From NCBI GenBank assembly GCA_024626585.2, contig JANKJI020000004.1, positions 155,344,289 to 155,359,930 of the forward strand: 15,642 nucleotides of DNA, given 5' to 3'. Of the stretch, positions 1 to 10,113 are shown piece after piece (position 1 is the first letter of the stretch; each line of letters begins with the position of its first letter). Position numbers and translations under genes: made by a program. Under the pieces are notes generated by a model. That model saw only the letters and a list, made by a program, of their open reading frames with translations. It was not told where the DNA came from and did not search any database. The DNA is from Ginkgo biloba. Taxonomy: Eukaryota; Plantae; Ginkgophyta.

Positions 1-434
1 AGTAAACCTAGTGCTAAATTTGAAAGTGCTATCTAGGCTACTTTCTATGATTATTTGATCAACTGGAAATAGCTAATCATTTATTTTTACAAAATATACT
101 CTCTTCTAAATGAATGGTGATTTGAGGATATGCACCCTAGAACCAATAAGAAACGAGATAATTAAATGATTATCCCTAATCTAATAATTTAATTACTCAA
201 ATTTTTAATTTTTCAATGTGCATCATGTGGCCTTAGTTACACAAATTTTACATCTGAATAATGAGTAATTAATTAATGTAGTCATATGGAGATTAGGAGG
301 ATGTGCCAGGTTGGATGCATGACATATCAAACCAAGAGATGCAATCTTAAATTCTAGAAGTCATACTTCCTCATAATACAATGATGTATTTTCATTAATC
401 ATTGACAAAATAGTGAATAGTGAACACTAGTTAA

Positions 435-568
435 CTAATTGCTTGAAATTTGTGACCAATGTACTAGGTTGCTACAACTGATGTTCAAGGTTTTGCAATT
501 AATTCTTAGGGTGTTGGAATCAATGTGCAAGGTGTGATGACTAATGTTTAGAGTGTTGTGACTAGTGG
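435..568. repeat. Decayed 21-bp tandem minisatellite, about 6 units
   Basis: Units start at 435, 456, 478, 499, 520, 541 and 562, with approximate consensus CTAATGTTCAAGGTGTTGYRA. Confidence 0.7.
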
Positions 569-1489
569 CCTTCAACTGACTTTTAATGTTTTGCAAGGTA
601 TGAATTTTCACAACTGACCATCATCTACCTATGATCGACATTGTTGATCATTTGAACAATATTTAAGATCTCTATAATGCTCCCAAAGAATGTGATAAGC
701 ATTTGGAGGTAATTTGGGCAACAAAAATGGCCTCTAAACAAAAATATTGTCTGGTCTCTAATTTTTTGTGCAAAAGGACATTAAATTGATTAAACAATTG
801 GACATGTGGGTTATGTTAAAAAATTATTGTTAAGCAACTATGGAAAGAATCATAAGAATATGTTTTAATTCTATCCAAGTAATATGTCCTCGTAAAATTC
901 CTCTAATCACTCCTTTCAAGTTCAAGGATTTGAATAAGTACCCTTTATTCAAATCTAGGACTCATGAACTGAGTACCCTAAAGGAAGCTAGGACTGTGAA
1001 TAATTTAACTGTGTCATCTCCTATAACATGACTATGTATTAGATTCAATCCTTTAAAGTTTTACTTAGGGAAGAATGCATTACATTATATGTTGCAAGAG
1101 TTAACACATATCATGCAATTATCACCAGCAACAATATCATATTTGGATTTATTCCATCATATCCTTAACTAAATCAGAAAAATCTTCCTCTATTCCCCTT
1201 GTAGGATTCTTTTTTAGACTAACATTCATATATTGAGCCTGTATCTATTGTCTAATGAAATTTATTTCTCAAAATTTGTCTACATCATGTGTATATAGGT
1301 TTGCATAATGTACCCCAAGAATTAATAAAAAAAATTTCAAATCATAAGGGGAATGAGCTAGGATCATTAAAACCTAGGTCCCCCTAGGGGCCTCCCCATT
1401 CCATTGATGACTTTTCACTAAACTACAAACANNNNNNNNNNGGTATACAAAAAGAGTTAGGAAGATAACAATTAATAATCTAAGAAGTC

Positions 1490-2860
1490 ATAGGAGCTTG
1501 AATACATTTTATCAAATGACCACAAGGTCATAGAGATAATTAATAGGTCCATAGATTGTATGGATCCATACCTTGTAACACTTGAGACTTTATAAATTCC
1601 CTAATAGTTACTTGACCACCTATAAGAGAATATTTTTCCAATGGGCCCTTTTGATCATTTCATATCTTAATAACAANNNNNNNNNNNNNNNNNNNNNNNN
1701 NNNNNNNNNNNNNNNNNNNNNNNNNNNNNNNNNNNNNNNNNNNNNNNNNNNNNNNNNNNNNNNNNNNNNNNNNNNNTTTTCCTCTAACTGTTGTACCTTT
1801 GTTTGATGTCCACTACTCAAAGAGGCCAATTCCCATGCATACTGAGCTTGAATTATTGTGTCTTGTTATTTAGGTGTTAATCAAGGATTGCGAAACAAAG
1901 CTTGATCTCCTTGAGAGAGTCGTCTACCTTCTTTTGAGCCATGGTGGGCCTTTAATCGGTCATATTTAATATCAAATATTTCTTGCCATTCTTTGTTTGC
2001 ATGCAAGATCCATGTTCCCAATTTTGGAATAATATGTTCAAAACCCTTTAGAGTCTATATGTCAAAGTGCAAGAGAAACCACTGATATGTAGCTATGGAA
2101 GGGTCAATATCCTGTAATCACTAATCAAACATCAAGAAAATGCTCAATACACTTGATTTTGTCTTAAGTAGTCGTTGCCTCAGCTTGAGCTTGTCTTGTT
2201 TTATGTGTGACACCTCGTTCTGGTCCCTGATTTTTGCTACAAGACCTTGTACTAAAGTTTGTATCATATTAACAATGAAAGTGGCTTTCATGCTTCATGA
2301 TTCAACAATTTACACTTGGACTTATCTAGTCCATCTTCAAACAATTGTATTCAATTTTCCTATTTAAAAATTTGGCTTGTTTGGTATAAATTCTTCCTAT
2401 CGACTCTTGTGAGATCAAGTGGAGGATCTCGACTGTATAGTATCCAAAGAGGATAGAGGCGACTTTTGTACAAGTTGATCCTGAAATTATCATAGGGTTT
2501 TGCCCCAAATTCGGTGATAGTATGCATTAAGTCTTGGAGCTTGGATTGGTGAGAAGTTGTTGTGGTATATTTTTTTCAACTGGTGCCTTTGCAAGAGCTC
2601 ATAACCCCAAATGTATTGGTTCCTTGTTGCTTGGAAGGTGTAGAAGGAGGGTCTTAGCCAATAGCTAATCCTAACGATGTAGTCTCCATTGGAGAAGTTG
2701 GAACATCTACTACTTAGTTGTTGTCCATTTATTCTTCAACCATTTTAAAACTGTTGTCATTTCTTGAGAAAAGTTTGTGGCGTTCTTAATGGTAACTTCC
2801 CTCTTAGTATATCTCGTTGCCCATGCGGCCAATAAAGGAAACTTGGGGCTGCCATTGTTA
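1490..2860 (-). mobile_element. Second, highly degenerate Gypsy-like remnant (gag capsid end plus integrase C-terminus)
   Basis: Minus strand ~2850-2735 reads FIGRMGNEI/EVTIKNATNFSQEM..VLK (capsid-end-like). ~1830-1500 reads QQLEE...GKIFSYRW...GIYKVSSVTRYGSIQSMDL...GHLIK, resembling the integrase tail GK...RW.GPY.I..V..NGS.QL....NG..LK.Y. Confidence 0.45.
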
Positions 2861-4020
2861 ATTGGTAACTTACTCTATGGACATTGTGTAAACAACAAGC
2901 CAATGAAGATAGTAGGTAGGAAGAAGGAAGACAATTGAGGAGCTTCCTTAATGCGTTTTAGCAAAGATATAATCTTGAATTGCATGAAAGCACATTGGTT
3001 CAATTGAGAACCAAGGAAATTCATGCACGAAGCAAACAAGCAATTTGACTAATTGAAGATAGCAATATCACGTGTGGAATCATCAGAAGCATGAGTCAAA
3101 GGAAATTCTTAATTAAAGGTCAGTATGTGAGGAAGCAAGGAGAAAATTATCTTTCTAGGATGGACCTAGATAAGAGATGCAAGGCAAAGGCAATGGGATT
3201 GACAAGAGTAATCAAACAAATGCAAATGCCATGTACAGTTTAAAACATGGTCAGATGTCATCTAAATCAACTTCTATGTGGACCTTACGGTAGGCCATTA
3301 TGTTAACGAAGTCAAAGCATTTATGTCTAGATTATCCCAATAACTGTTGTCAAAATGTGAGTCCCAAGGTTGGAAACCATAGAGGCAACAAGNNNNNNNN
3401 NNNNNNNNNNNNNNNNNNNNNNNNNNNNNNNNNNNNNNNNNNNNNNNNNNNNNNNNNNNNNNNNNNNNNNNNNNNNNNNNNNNNNNNNNNNNCGTTTAGG
3501 GACTACTACCCCATGATCAAAATACAGTTCGATTTTATCCCATGCAAAATTATCAGTAGGTTTGTGATCTACCAAGGAGATTCAAAAACCAACTCGGCAA
3601 TACTAGTTATTATCATACAAGTTATATGGCATCGGTGCAAGACCTAGAGATTGAACAACTATATATAAGCTTGCTACCTTGAAATTACAAAAGCAACAAT
3701 GCATGGGCTTAGCAGTAGATAATCTTTGTGCTAAAATGGCCAAAATTCGCCAAAAAGTATCGGCAACTCGAAGGAGAATTATAGATAATAGACACGTGGA
3801 AGTAAAATTAGTAACTGTGTTAGAACAATGGTGCAATAGTTGTAAAATTTATTCTCATTGCACAAAATACTACTATTTCAACCAACGAAGCCAAACCACA
3901 TAATGGGGTGGTCACGGTGGGTACTAAGGGTGTGGCACAAGAAACATGTATTAGCAACCCGCAAGGAACAAACTACCACAAAAATATAAAACTTGGGAAG
4001 GAAAAGCAAAACTAATCCAT

Positions 4021-4134
4021 TGTCATTTGTGCTTATAGTGGGGGCATACTCTTGCAAAAATGTCCTTTGGAAAAGAACAGTAGTAGATTTGTGTGTGAAG
4101 AATGTGGCCTAGTGATCACAAGTGGAACAATTGC
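4021..4134 (+). pseudogene. Tandem Gag CCHC zinc-knuckle remnants
   Basis: CHLCL*WGHTLAK/CP from 4021 and CEECGL/DHKWNNC from 4094. Each is a CX2CX4HX4C-type pattern broken by a stop and/or frameshift. Confidence 0.75.
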
Positions 4135-4663
4135 CTAAAAACACCAAAAAAACAAAACCAAAGCTTTGAATTTCGTATGCCTGATTTTGGATCTGACAAC
4201 CTCCCTTAATCTATAAACATTGAGTGGCAAGACAGTAACATTGGTAAAAAAGGATGACTTGGATTTTCCAAATGCAGCCAAGGGGAAAATGTGACTCCAA
4301 GAGTTGGGCAAGATAATTTTGGAGGAGCTAGAATTTCCCATGACAAGTCTACCTAATCGTTTATTAGTATTGAAGAAGGCATTGCCTACAAAAACCAGGC
4401 AACAAGTTTACAAATGAAAAAAATACTATTCCAACAGTTGTTGGTACACCTAACAATGCCCAAACAACGTTAATTGCAAGCAAAAGATTGAATTTTTACG
4501 ACGACTATGTCTAGAATTACATATCAATATATCATTGGCAATGATCATCGATTCGTGGAACAAAGGAGCATTGGGGACACCCTACAAAAGCATAGTTTAG
4601 ACTGCAAACTTAACAAACTGATTAGACGGAGATTTGTAAGTGCCAATCTAGATCTTCAATCAT

Positions 4664-4965
4664 TTGGTGAATAAGGCTATCGTAGATGCTGGTTCAAGTG
4701 TTAACACCCTACCAAAATCCACCTGGATTCAATTGGGTGAGTTAAAATATATACCACCCAACCACTCAACACAATTGGTAAGGCAATTTGAAATTTGGCC
4801 CCTCGGAGTAGTCCTTGATGTAACAAATCACCGTAGAGAGTATAACAATGAAATAGGATTTTGATGTTGTCTGTATGGAAACACGCGCATTGTGTCTAGC
4901 ACTCTTGGGATGACAATGCTTATATGCCATAGAAGCAATCCAGGATTGGGGGAAACAAACATTCA
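4664..4965 (+). pseudogene. Retrotransposon aspartic protease remnant
   Basis: AIVDAGSSVNTLPKSTWIQLG (active-site hh-D-x-G-S motif). After a frameshift, DFDVV...ALLG*QCLYAIEAIQDWG corresponds to LLGRPWL...A..DW. Confidence 0.85.
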
Positions 4966-5639
4966 CATTATATTAGAATAGGTGAGACTTTAGAATACTC
5001 CTAGCATCACATAGACCTCACGTAGAGAAAATAATGGATTGCGACGTATTGCAAAACAAGAACATATCTGAANNNNNNNNNNNNNNNNNNNNNNNNNNNN
5101 NNNNNNNNNNNNNNNNNNNNNNNNNNNNNNNNNNNNNNNNNNNNNNNNNNNNNNNNNNNNNNNNNNNNNNNNNNNNNNNNNNNNNNNNNNNNNNNNNNNN
5201 NNNNNNNNNNNNNNNNNNNNNNNNNNNNNNNNNNNNNNNNNNNNNNNNNNNNNNNNNNNNNNNNNNNNNNNNNNNNNNNNNNNNNNNNNNNNNNNNNNNN
5301 NNNNNNNNNNNNNNNNNNNNNNNNNNNNNNNNNNNNNNNNNNNNNNNNNNNNNNNNNNNNNNNNNNNNNNNNNNNNNNNNNNNNNNNNNNNNNNNNNNNN
5401 NNNNNNNNNNNNNNNNNNNNNNNNNNNNNNNNNNNNNNNNNNNNNNNNNNNNNNNNNNNNNNNNNNNNNNNNNNNNNNNNNNNACATATGCTCCTTAGGC
5501 TATAGGAAGCATGTAAAGTGTCTACTATTCGAAGCTATTATAGGTAGACCATTGACTATGATGATGAAAGAGAAAACAATGTTGAAGAACATGAATACTA
5601 ATAAAATTATTTTAGAATCAAATATCTCTAGCAATGAGG

Positions 5640-6045
5640 AAGTTGAAGAAGACATAAAGATCATTGGAACAATGACAAATCCCTGTATAAAAGTTACATG
5701 CAGAAACAACAACAAAACAAAATGCATAGCAACATGTATAATATTGTACTAAAGTCTGAATAAATAACCATTTTTGGGAACAAAAGAAATGGAAAACAAT
5801 GCTCCCTATAACATTGGAATGATATGCCTTCAGTTAGATCCTCGCACATCGAGAGGACTTTCATGATTGGCTCTACTTGTGACACGTCTTTGAAATTCAA
5901 TCCAGAGGTGCACAATTGTTGCAATTACTAGTGTATAGTCAACAAGAACTAGTGGAGAAAGAAAGAAAGAAAGAAAGGAAATTTATGAATGTCCACGAAT
6001 GACTAACAAAAGGCCAATGGGACTGTAGAAAAAATAGTACATGTA
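5640..6045 (+). pseudogene. Decayed linker and N-terminus of Gypsy reverse transcriptase
   Basis: EEDIKIIGTMTNP (cf. INLGT.EDP), WNDMPSV..HIER (cf. AW...DMPG.DP....H), and IYECP...PMGL*KK (cf. IYP....WVSP.V.VPKK). Very degenerate. Confidence 0.55.
5957..5977 (+). repeat. (GAAA)5 microsatellite
   Basis: GAAAGAAAGAAAGAAAGAAAG read directly from the sequence. Confidence 0.9.
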
Positions 6046-6049
6046 TAAC

Positions 6050-7027
6050 AAGTCAAAGGTAGTGTCGAGGGCCAGGAAGTGCAGGGAGAGGAGGAGGAAG
6101 ATCTGGAGCAGGCGACTCCAAGGGAGGAGGGGCGGGAGCTGCTGCTGCAGGGGAAGGCCCGCGCAGGGGCACAAAGGCCCGCGCGGGGATTGGAAGCTTA
6201 GGGAAGGGAGCCCGCTCAGGCACTGAGGCCCGCGTGGGGGTAGGAGGCTCAGAGGGTGGAGGAGGTGAAGCGGAGGAAGGCGGGGAAGATAGGGTGGAGC
6301 TCGTGGGTGGCTTGGTGCCTCCCGTGGGCGGGGTTTTTGTAAGGAAACCCGCGCGGGCACTGTAGCCTGCGCGGGGGTCATTAAAGACTTAGAGGATCTC
6401 AATGCAGGCTTGGCTCCCCCCTTTGGAGAGCTAGCCCAGGAGGAAGTTGTAGGGGGAGCCGTAGGAGTTCCCTCTTCTCCACAAAATCAGATGTACCTAA
6501 GAATGTTAAATTCGGCCCTNNNNNNNNNNNNNNNNNNNNNNNNNNNNNNNNNNNNNNNCTTTTTGGGCACAGGAGCACAAGTAGAGAATGGGGCAATCAT
6601 ACGCGACGGTGCCCAGTTTCCTAGGCTAAAGAACTCGTGTTCCCATGGGCATGATGAAGATAGAAGAAATAGTGTGAGCACGGTATACCAAAGGAGTATA
6701 TCTCAAGATCGTGCCCCAGAGGATTTCATTCCATTAAACTGTATGGAAGGAGATGGCTCTGTGTGAGCTGTTNNNNNNNNNNNNNNNNNNNNNNNNNNTC
6801 GGGTTTTCGAGCATTCAAAAACTGAGGGAGGATTGGTCGCCTTTGACCCCAGCAGGGAATAAAGCAAATGAATAAATGGAGGAGGAATAGATGGGATCGG
6901 ACGATTTGTCTAAGGGTGTCAACTCGCATTCGTCAGACAACCTTCAGGTAGGATCTCCAGAACCGGTGACAGTGGGCCCAGACATAGCGATAGGGGAGGG
7001 TGTGACTTTGGAACCATCACGTGATGC
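6050..7027. other. GC- and CpG-rich, purine-biased insert interrupting the Gypsy RT; possibly a younger LINE ORF1-type low-complexity fragment
   Basis: Abrupt compositional switch at ~6050. Repeated CCCGCG motifs occur in ~6155-6375, and G/A-rich text encodes acidic low-complexity peptides (EGQEVQGEEEEDLEQ). No recognisable domain. Confidence 0.4.
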
Positions 7028-8053
7028 NNNNNNNNNNNNNNNNNNNNNNNNNNNNNNNNNNNNNNNNNNNNNNNNNNNNNNNNNNNNNNNNNNNNNNNNN
7101 NNNNNNNNNNNNNNNNNNNNNNNNNNNGTAACAAAAAATGAATATGCTTTACAAGGAGCAATGATGTTTCTCAAAAATCTGAATGAAGTAGACTTGTGTT
7201 CTGTAGGTGGTTAATTTGGTAATTGGACTAGGAGTTGATGCAACTACTTGTGGTACTGTTCCCAATAACTTCTTGCGTTGCATAAACCCCTGGTTTACAA
7301 CTGATGCTACTTTGAGACAAAGTTTAGGGTTCAAAATGCTTCTGTCTTAATCCATATGACTTGTTTCACCCAGTAACTTGCCTCATATATGTAACATTCC
7401 TTGAATTGTTATGGAGACAACACATTGTTACATCCAGTATTTGGCTTGCCCAAATTGGAAGAATCTACCATTTGTTAATTCTATTAACTTGATTGTTGAT
7501 TTATCATCCATCTAAACATGAAAGCTTTTTTGAAGGAAACCTTTTGCTAGCCTGGAGCAAAATTGAAAATCCCGTCAGATTTTGGTGGAAAGGAAATGAG
7601 CTAAGGCCATGTTGTAAAACATTCAAACTGTAATCCCCAAAAGTTGTTTCTCTGTAGTTCCACTCTTTGCTTCTACCATATCTATACCCAAACTACTCTA
7701 AGTGTCTCCAGTGGTCTTTATTTAAAGGGCTCTAAAAGCACTTTGCAAGTGAAGAGTCACCTAGTAGGCTGAATTGAAAAGTTTCTTGTTATATGGTGGT
7801 TGGTGGACTAAATATAGGACCATTTCCATGGAAGTAAAAAAATGAAAATCATTCTTCTCTCTCAATTGTCTTCCTTTATGTTATTCTACATCTCTATATA
7901 TCTTCATAATATGCTATCAAAGCCTCATTTGTAGGATTTTGGAGAGAGAGACTGTGNNNNNNNNNNNNNNNNNNNNNNNNNNNNNNNNNNNNNNNNNNNN
8001 NNNNNNNNNNNNNNNNAGAGATCAAAGAAGGGTTTCCTAGTTTTCAAGGCACA

Positions 8054-8630
8054 TTGTACGACCTGAACAAGGTGGTGTACGGACTTGAAGGGGATTGGAC
8101 AGTCAACTCTAGTCAAAGAAGAAATTGGAACAGTCAAATTCAGTCAAAACCCTAACTGTATGATAGAAAATCTGGTATTGTATAGTTTGAAACCCTGTGT
8201 ACAGATTTCTAAAAATAGTGAACGATTTATCACAGATTTCTAGGCAGGTTTCAAGGAAGCCTGTACAGATTGCACGCATTTCTAAGTGACCTGTACGAAT
8301 ACCAAGAAAGGTTATACGGCCTATATGGCCAAAACAACAAACTGTACAATTTTTGAGGTAGAATTCACTTCCTACATAGATTTCAAGGTTGGTTTTGTAG
8401 ATTGTATGATCTGCGTACGGCCAAAACAATTTTCAAGGCAGGTTTTGCAGATTGTATGGCCTGTGTATGGTCATAACAAATTTGAAGTAGTCAAACCCAG
8501 TCATACTTGAATTGTACGACCTAAACATTGTGGTAAAGCCAAAATTAATGAGGTATTGTTATGATTTTTCTATATACAGTTAGCTTTTTTGAAATTTAGT
8601 GTATGGTTTGAAATCAAATGTTGTACGGTT
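8054..8630 (+). repeat. Degenerate sub-repeat array in the Copia leader
   Basis: Two adjacent 50-bp units at 8391-8440 and 8441-8490 (GGTTTTG(T/C)AGATTGTATG...). TTGTACGACCT(G/A)AACA occurs at 8054 and 8512, with many other TGTAC/TGTAT cores. Confidence 0.7.
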
Positions 8631-8778
8631 TGAAACTTAGAATTTTTTTCAAAAAAATTCAAAAAACCTAGAAATTTAGAAAAATACTCAAATTTAGAAC
8701 AAAATTTAGAATTCAGGAGAGGTTAAGAAAATTCAAATAAATCAAGAAAATTCAGAATTTATTTGAAGGAAGTTTCAG

Positions 8779-9012
8779 ATGGTTGGTCTTCAGAATTTAC
8801 TGCTGGCAAACTCATACAAACTCACCAGGAAGAACTATAATGTCTAGAATCATCGAATACTAAACATATTCGAATTCAGAGAATTGGATGGTGTGGTGAC
8901 AGGGAAGATCACATGGAGCACAACTGATGTTGATGAGCAGGCTGATTATGACAAGAAGAATCGTGAAGCCATCATGATTATGAAATTGTCAGTTGCAGAT
9001 GAATAAATTCCN
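8779..9012 (+). pseudogene. Copia gag N-terminus (DUF4219/UBN2-type), disrupted
   Basis: MVGLQNLLLANSYKLTRKNYNV*NHRILNIFEFRELDGVVTGKITWSTTDVDEQADYDKKNREAIMIMKLSVADE*IP matches L.G.NY..W...M......L...V.G...W.KKN..A...I..SV.D. Stops at 8845 (TAG, likely from TGG) and 9004 (TAA, likely from CAA). Confidence 0.85.
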
Positions 9013-9789
9013 NNNNNNNNNNNNNNNNNNNNNNNNNNNNNNNNNNNNNNNNNNNNNNNNNNNNNNNNNNNNNNNNNNNNNNNNNNNNNNNNNNNNNNNN
9101 NNNNNNNNNNNTGCTAAGACGAAGTTTTGTTTATGATTGTTTCTATTTGTCATTTGCACGTGTGTGTTGTCTTTGTGTCTGTGAGGCTATTTCTGTCTTC
9201 TCTTTATTCAGTGACTTAAGAAGACACGAGAGAACTGATGGGGTAATCACAAGGAGGGGAGGTCAAGAGGCAAATGCAAGCTGAAGGGAGTATATGTGAT
9301 GCATGGAGGTGTTTTGATCGTTTCCTAAAATGAAATTTTGTTTATGCATGTTTTTGCTTAGACTTTGTATGCATGCATGCANNNNNNNNNNNNNNNNNNN
9401 NNNNNNNNNNNNNNNNNNNNNNNNNNNNNNNNNNNNNNNNNNGCAAGATGTCATGGGGGTAATCAAAAGGTCGCTTGGGACATCAAGAAGCGAATGCAAA
9501 TTGCAGAAAGGGAAATCCTGTCAAAAAGAGGGTGTGTGCGCTCAGTTATTAGGGACCACAGTTGGGAACTGTTTCTATCTTATTGATAAGCCAGATTTGG
9601 AAACTGTTATAGCTCATGCTGCTTTGTTGACACGTCTCATTGAATGACTATTGGATACTAGAATATGGGTATAGAAAAAATATATTAGGGAAAATTAAAT
9701 TGGGAAGTGTTATTGAACTTTCACATTATTCTTAATTGTCATCACTGTGTTTTTCAGTTGGAGTCACATGGTGCTTTTTGGTTTTGTAG

Positions 9790-9900
9790 GAATCCGCTAC
9801 AGTGCCTATTGGGAGGAGTCCTCGTACAGATATTCTCCTAATGGCAGAGGATGAAGTGCTCAAAATTGGTGGCAATGTTGTTCGGTTGGCAGGGTTGTAC
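9790..9900 (+). CDS. Internal coding exon of a YeeZ-like NAD(P)-binding Rossmann-fold / atypical SDR protein (At2g39080-like)
   Basis: Acceptor TTTTGTAG| ends at 9789. The 111 nt read ESATVPIGRSPRTDILLMAEDEVLKIGGNVVRLAGLY, matching my recollection of the plant family motif P(L/I)G(K/R)SPRTD(V/I)LL.AE..VL..GG.VLRLAGLY. The exon ends at an ATATCCTT U12 donor. Confidence 0.92.
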
Positions 9901-10053
9901 ATATCCTTCATGCGCTTGATATTTTTCTGAAGTCTAATAAAAATATGTACTGTTAAAATTAAGCAATAAGAAGGCCTTTTATTTCACATTGAAGAATAGA
10001 CAAGCCTTGATGCTGCGGTTAACCAGCTGTTTTCCTTGACTTAGAATTTGCAC
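9901..10053 (+). other. U12-type (minor spliceosome) AT-AC intron, 153 nt, phase 0
   Basis: 5' end ATATCCTTC (9901-9909), branch site TTTCCTTGAC (10031-10040), 3' end TTTGCAC| (10053), no polypyrimidine tract. Splicing joins ...LAGLY|KLDRGAH... in frame with no indel relative to the recalled family sequence (LAGLYxxxRGAH). Confidence 0.93.
10031..10040 (+). promoter_or_regulatory. U12 branch-point sequence
   Basis: TTTCCTTGAC matches the U12 consensus TTCCTTRAY. The presumed branch A (10039) lies 14 nt upstream of the terminal C of the AC acceptor. Confidence 0.9.
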
Positions 10054-10113
10054 AAATTGGATAGGGGTGCGCATATGTATTATTTAAGAAAGGGGACTGT
10101 TGATGCACGCCCA
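10054..10113 (+). CDS. Next coding exon of the YeeZ-like/At2g39080-like gene (3' end lost in N gap 10114-10213)
   Basis: Reads KLDRGAHMYYLRKGTVDARP, matching RGAH.YWL.KGT(V/I)D.RP. About 10 further codons (DHILNLIHYE-like) and the donor are expected inside the gap. Confidence 0.9.

Larger units (their letters stand above)
2900..6050 (+). mobile_element. Degenerate Ty3/Gypsy LTR retrotransposon internal region (gag - zinc knuckles - protease - RT N-terminus), non-chromovirus Tat/Athila-like
   Basis: Colinear decayed motifs: gag-like text ~3150-3600, two CCHC knuckles 4021-4134, aspartic protease 4664-4965, and RT N-terminal motifs ~5640-6045. There are many stops and frameshifts. Boundaries are approximate and no LTR was identified. 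Confidence 0.8.
8017..9381 (+). mobile_element. Ty1/Copia retrotransposon remnant: repeat-rich 5' leader, gag start and, after a gap, a possible 3' UTR/PPT/LTR start
   Basis: A leader with TGTA(C/T)(G/A) sub-repeats precedes the gag N-terminus at 8779-9012. A purine tract GAAGGGAG (9283-9290) followed shortly by TGTG resembles a PPT-LTR junction. Continuity across gap 9013-9111 is not established. Confidence 0.65.

Noticed and set aside
1159-1169. ATATCCTTAAC, resembling both a U12 donor and a branch site
   Set aside because: No flanking coding exon or paired splice signal. Such a short motif is expected by chance in AT-rich DNA.
4990-5498. Long ORFs of 154-165 aa, and other ORFs containing X runs
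   Set aside because: They are open only because they span N gaps.
5983-6402. 139-aa Pro/Leu-rich minus-strand ORF
   Set aside because: A by-product of the GC/purine-biased insert (few stop codons), with no domain. It also straddles the TE junction.
7207-7350. Open frame after a good-looking acceptor (TTCTGTAG|GTGGTT...), VVNLVIGLGVDATTCG...MLLS*
   Set aside because: No resemblance to the expected upstream exons of the SDR gene or to any family I recognise, and it runs to a stop. Chance occurrence is likely.
8054-8630. Repeat-spacer-like pattern as a CRISPR array
   Set aside because: The repeats are degenerate and irregularly spaced, the context is eukaryotic (a Copia leader), and there are no cas genes.
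9443-9647. ORF segments just upstream of the first exon as a candidate additional exon
   Set aside because: No frame matches the expected WNGEGSFLFTSS-like peptide, and the sequence duplicates a TE-associated motif at 9238-9290.
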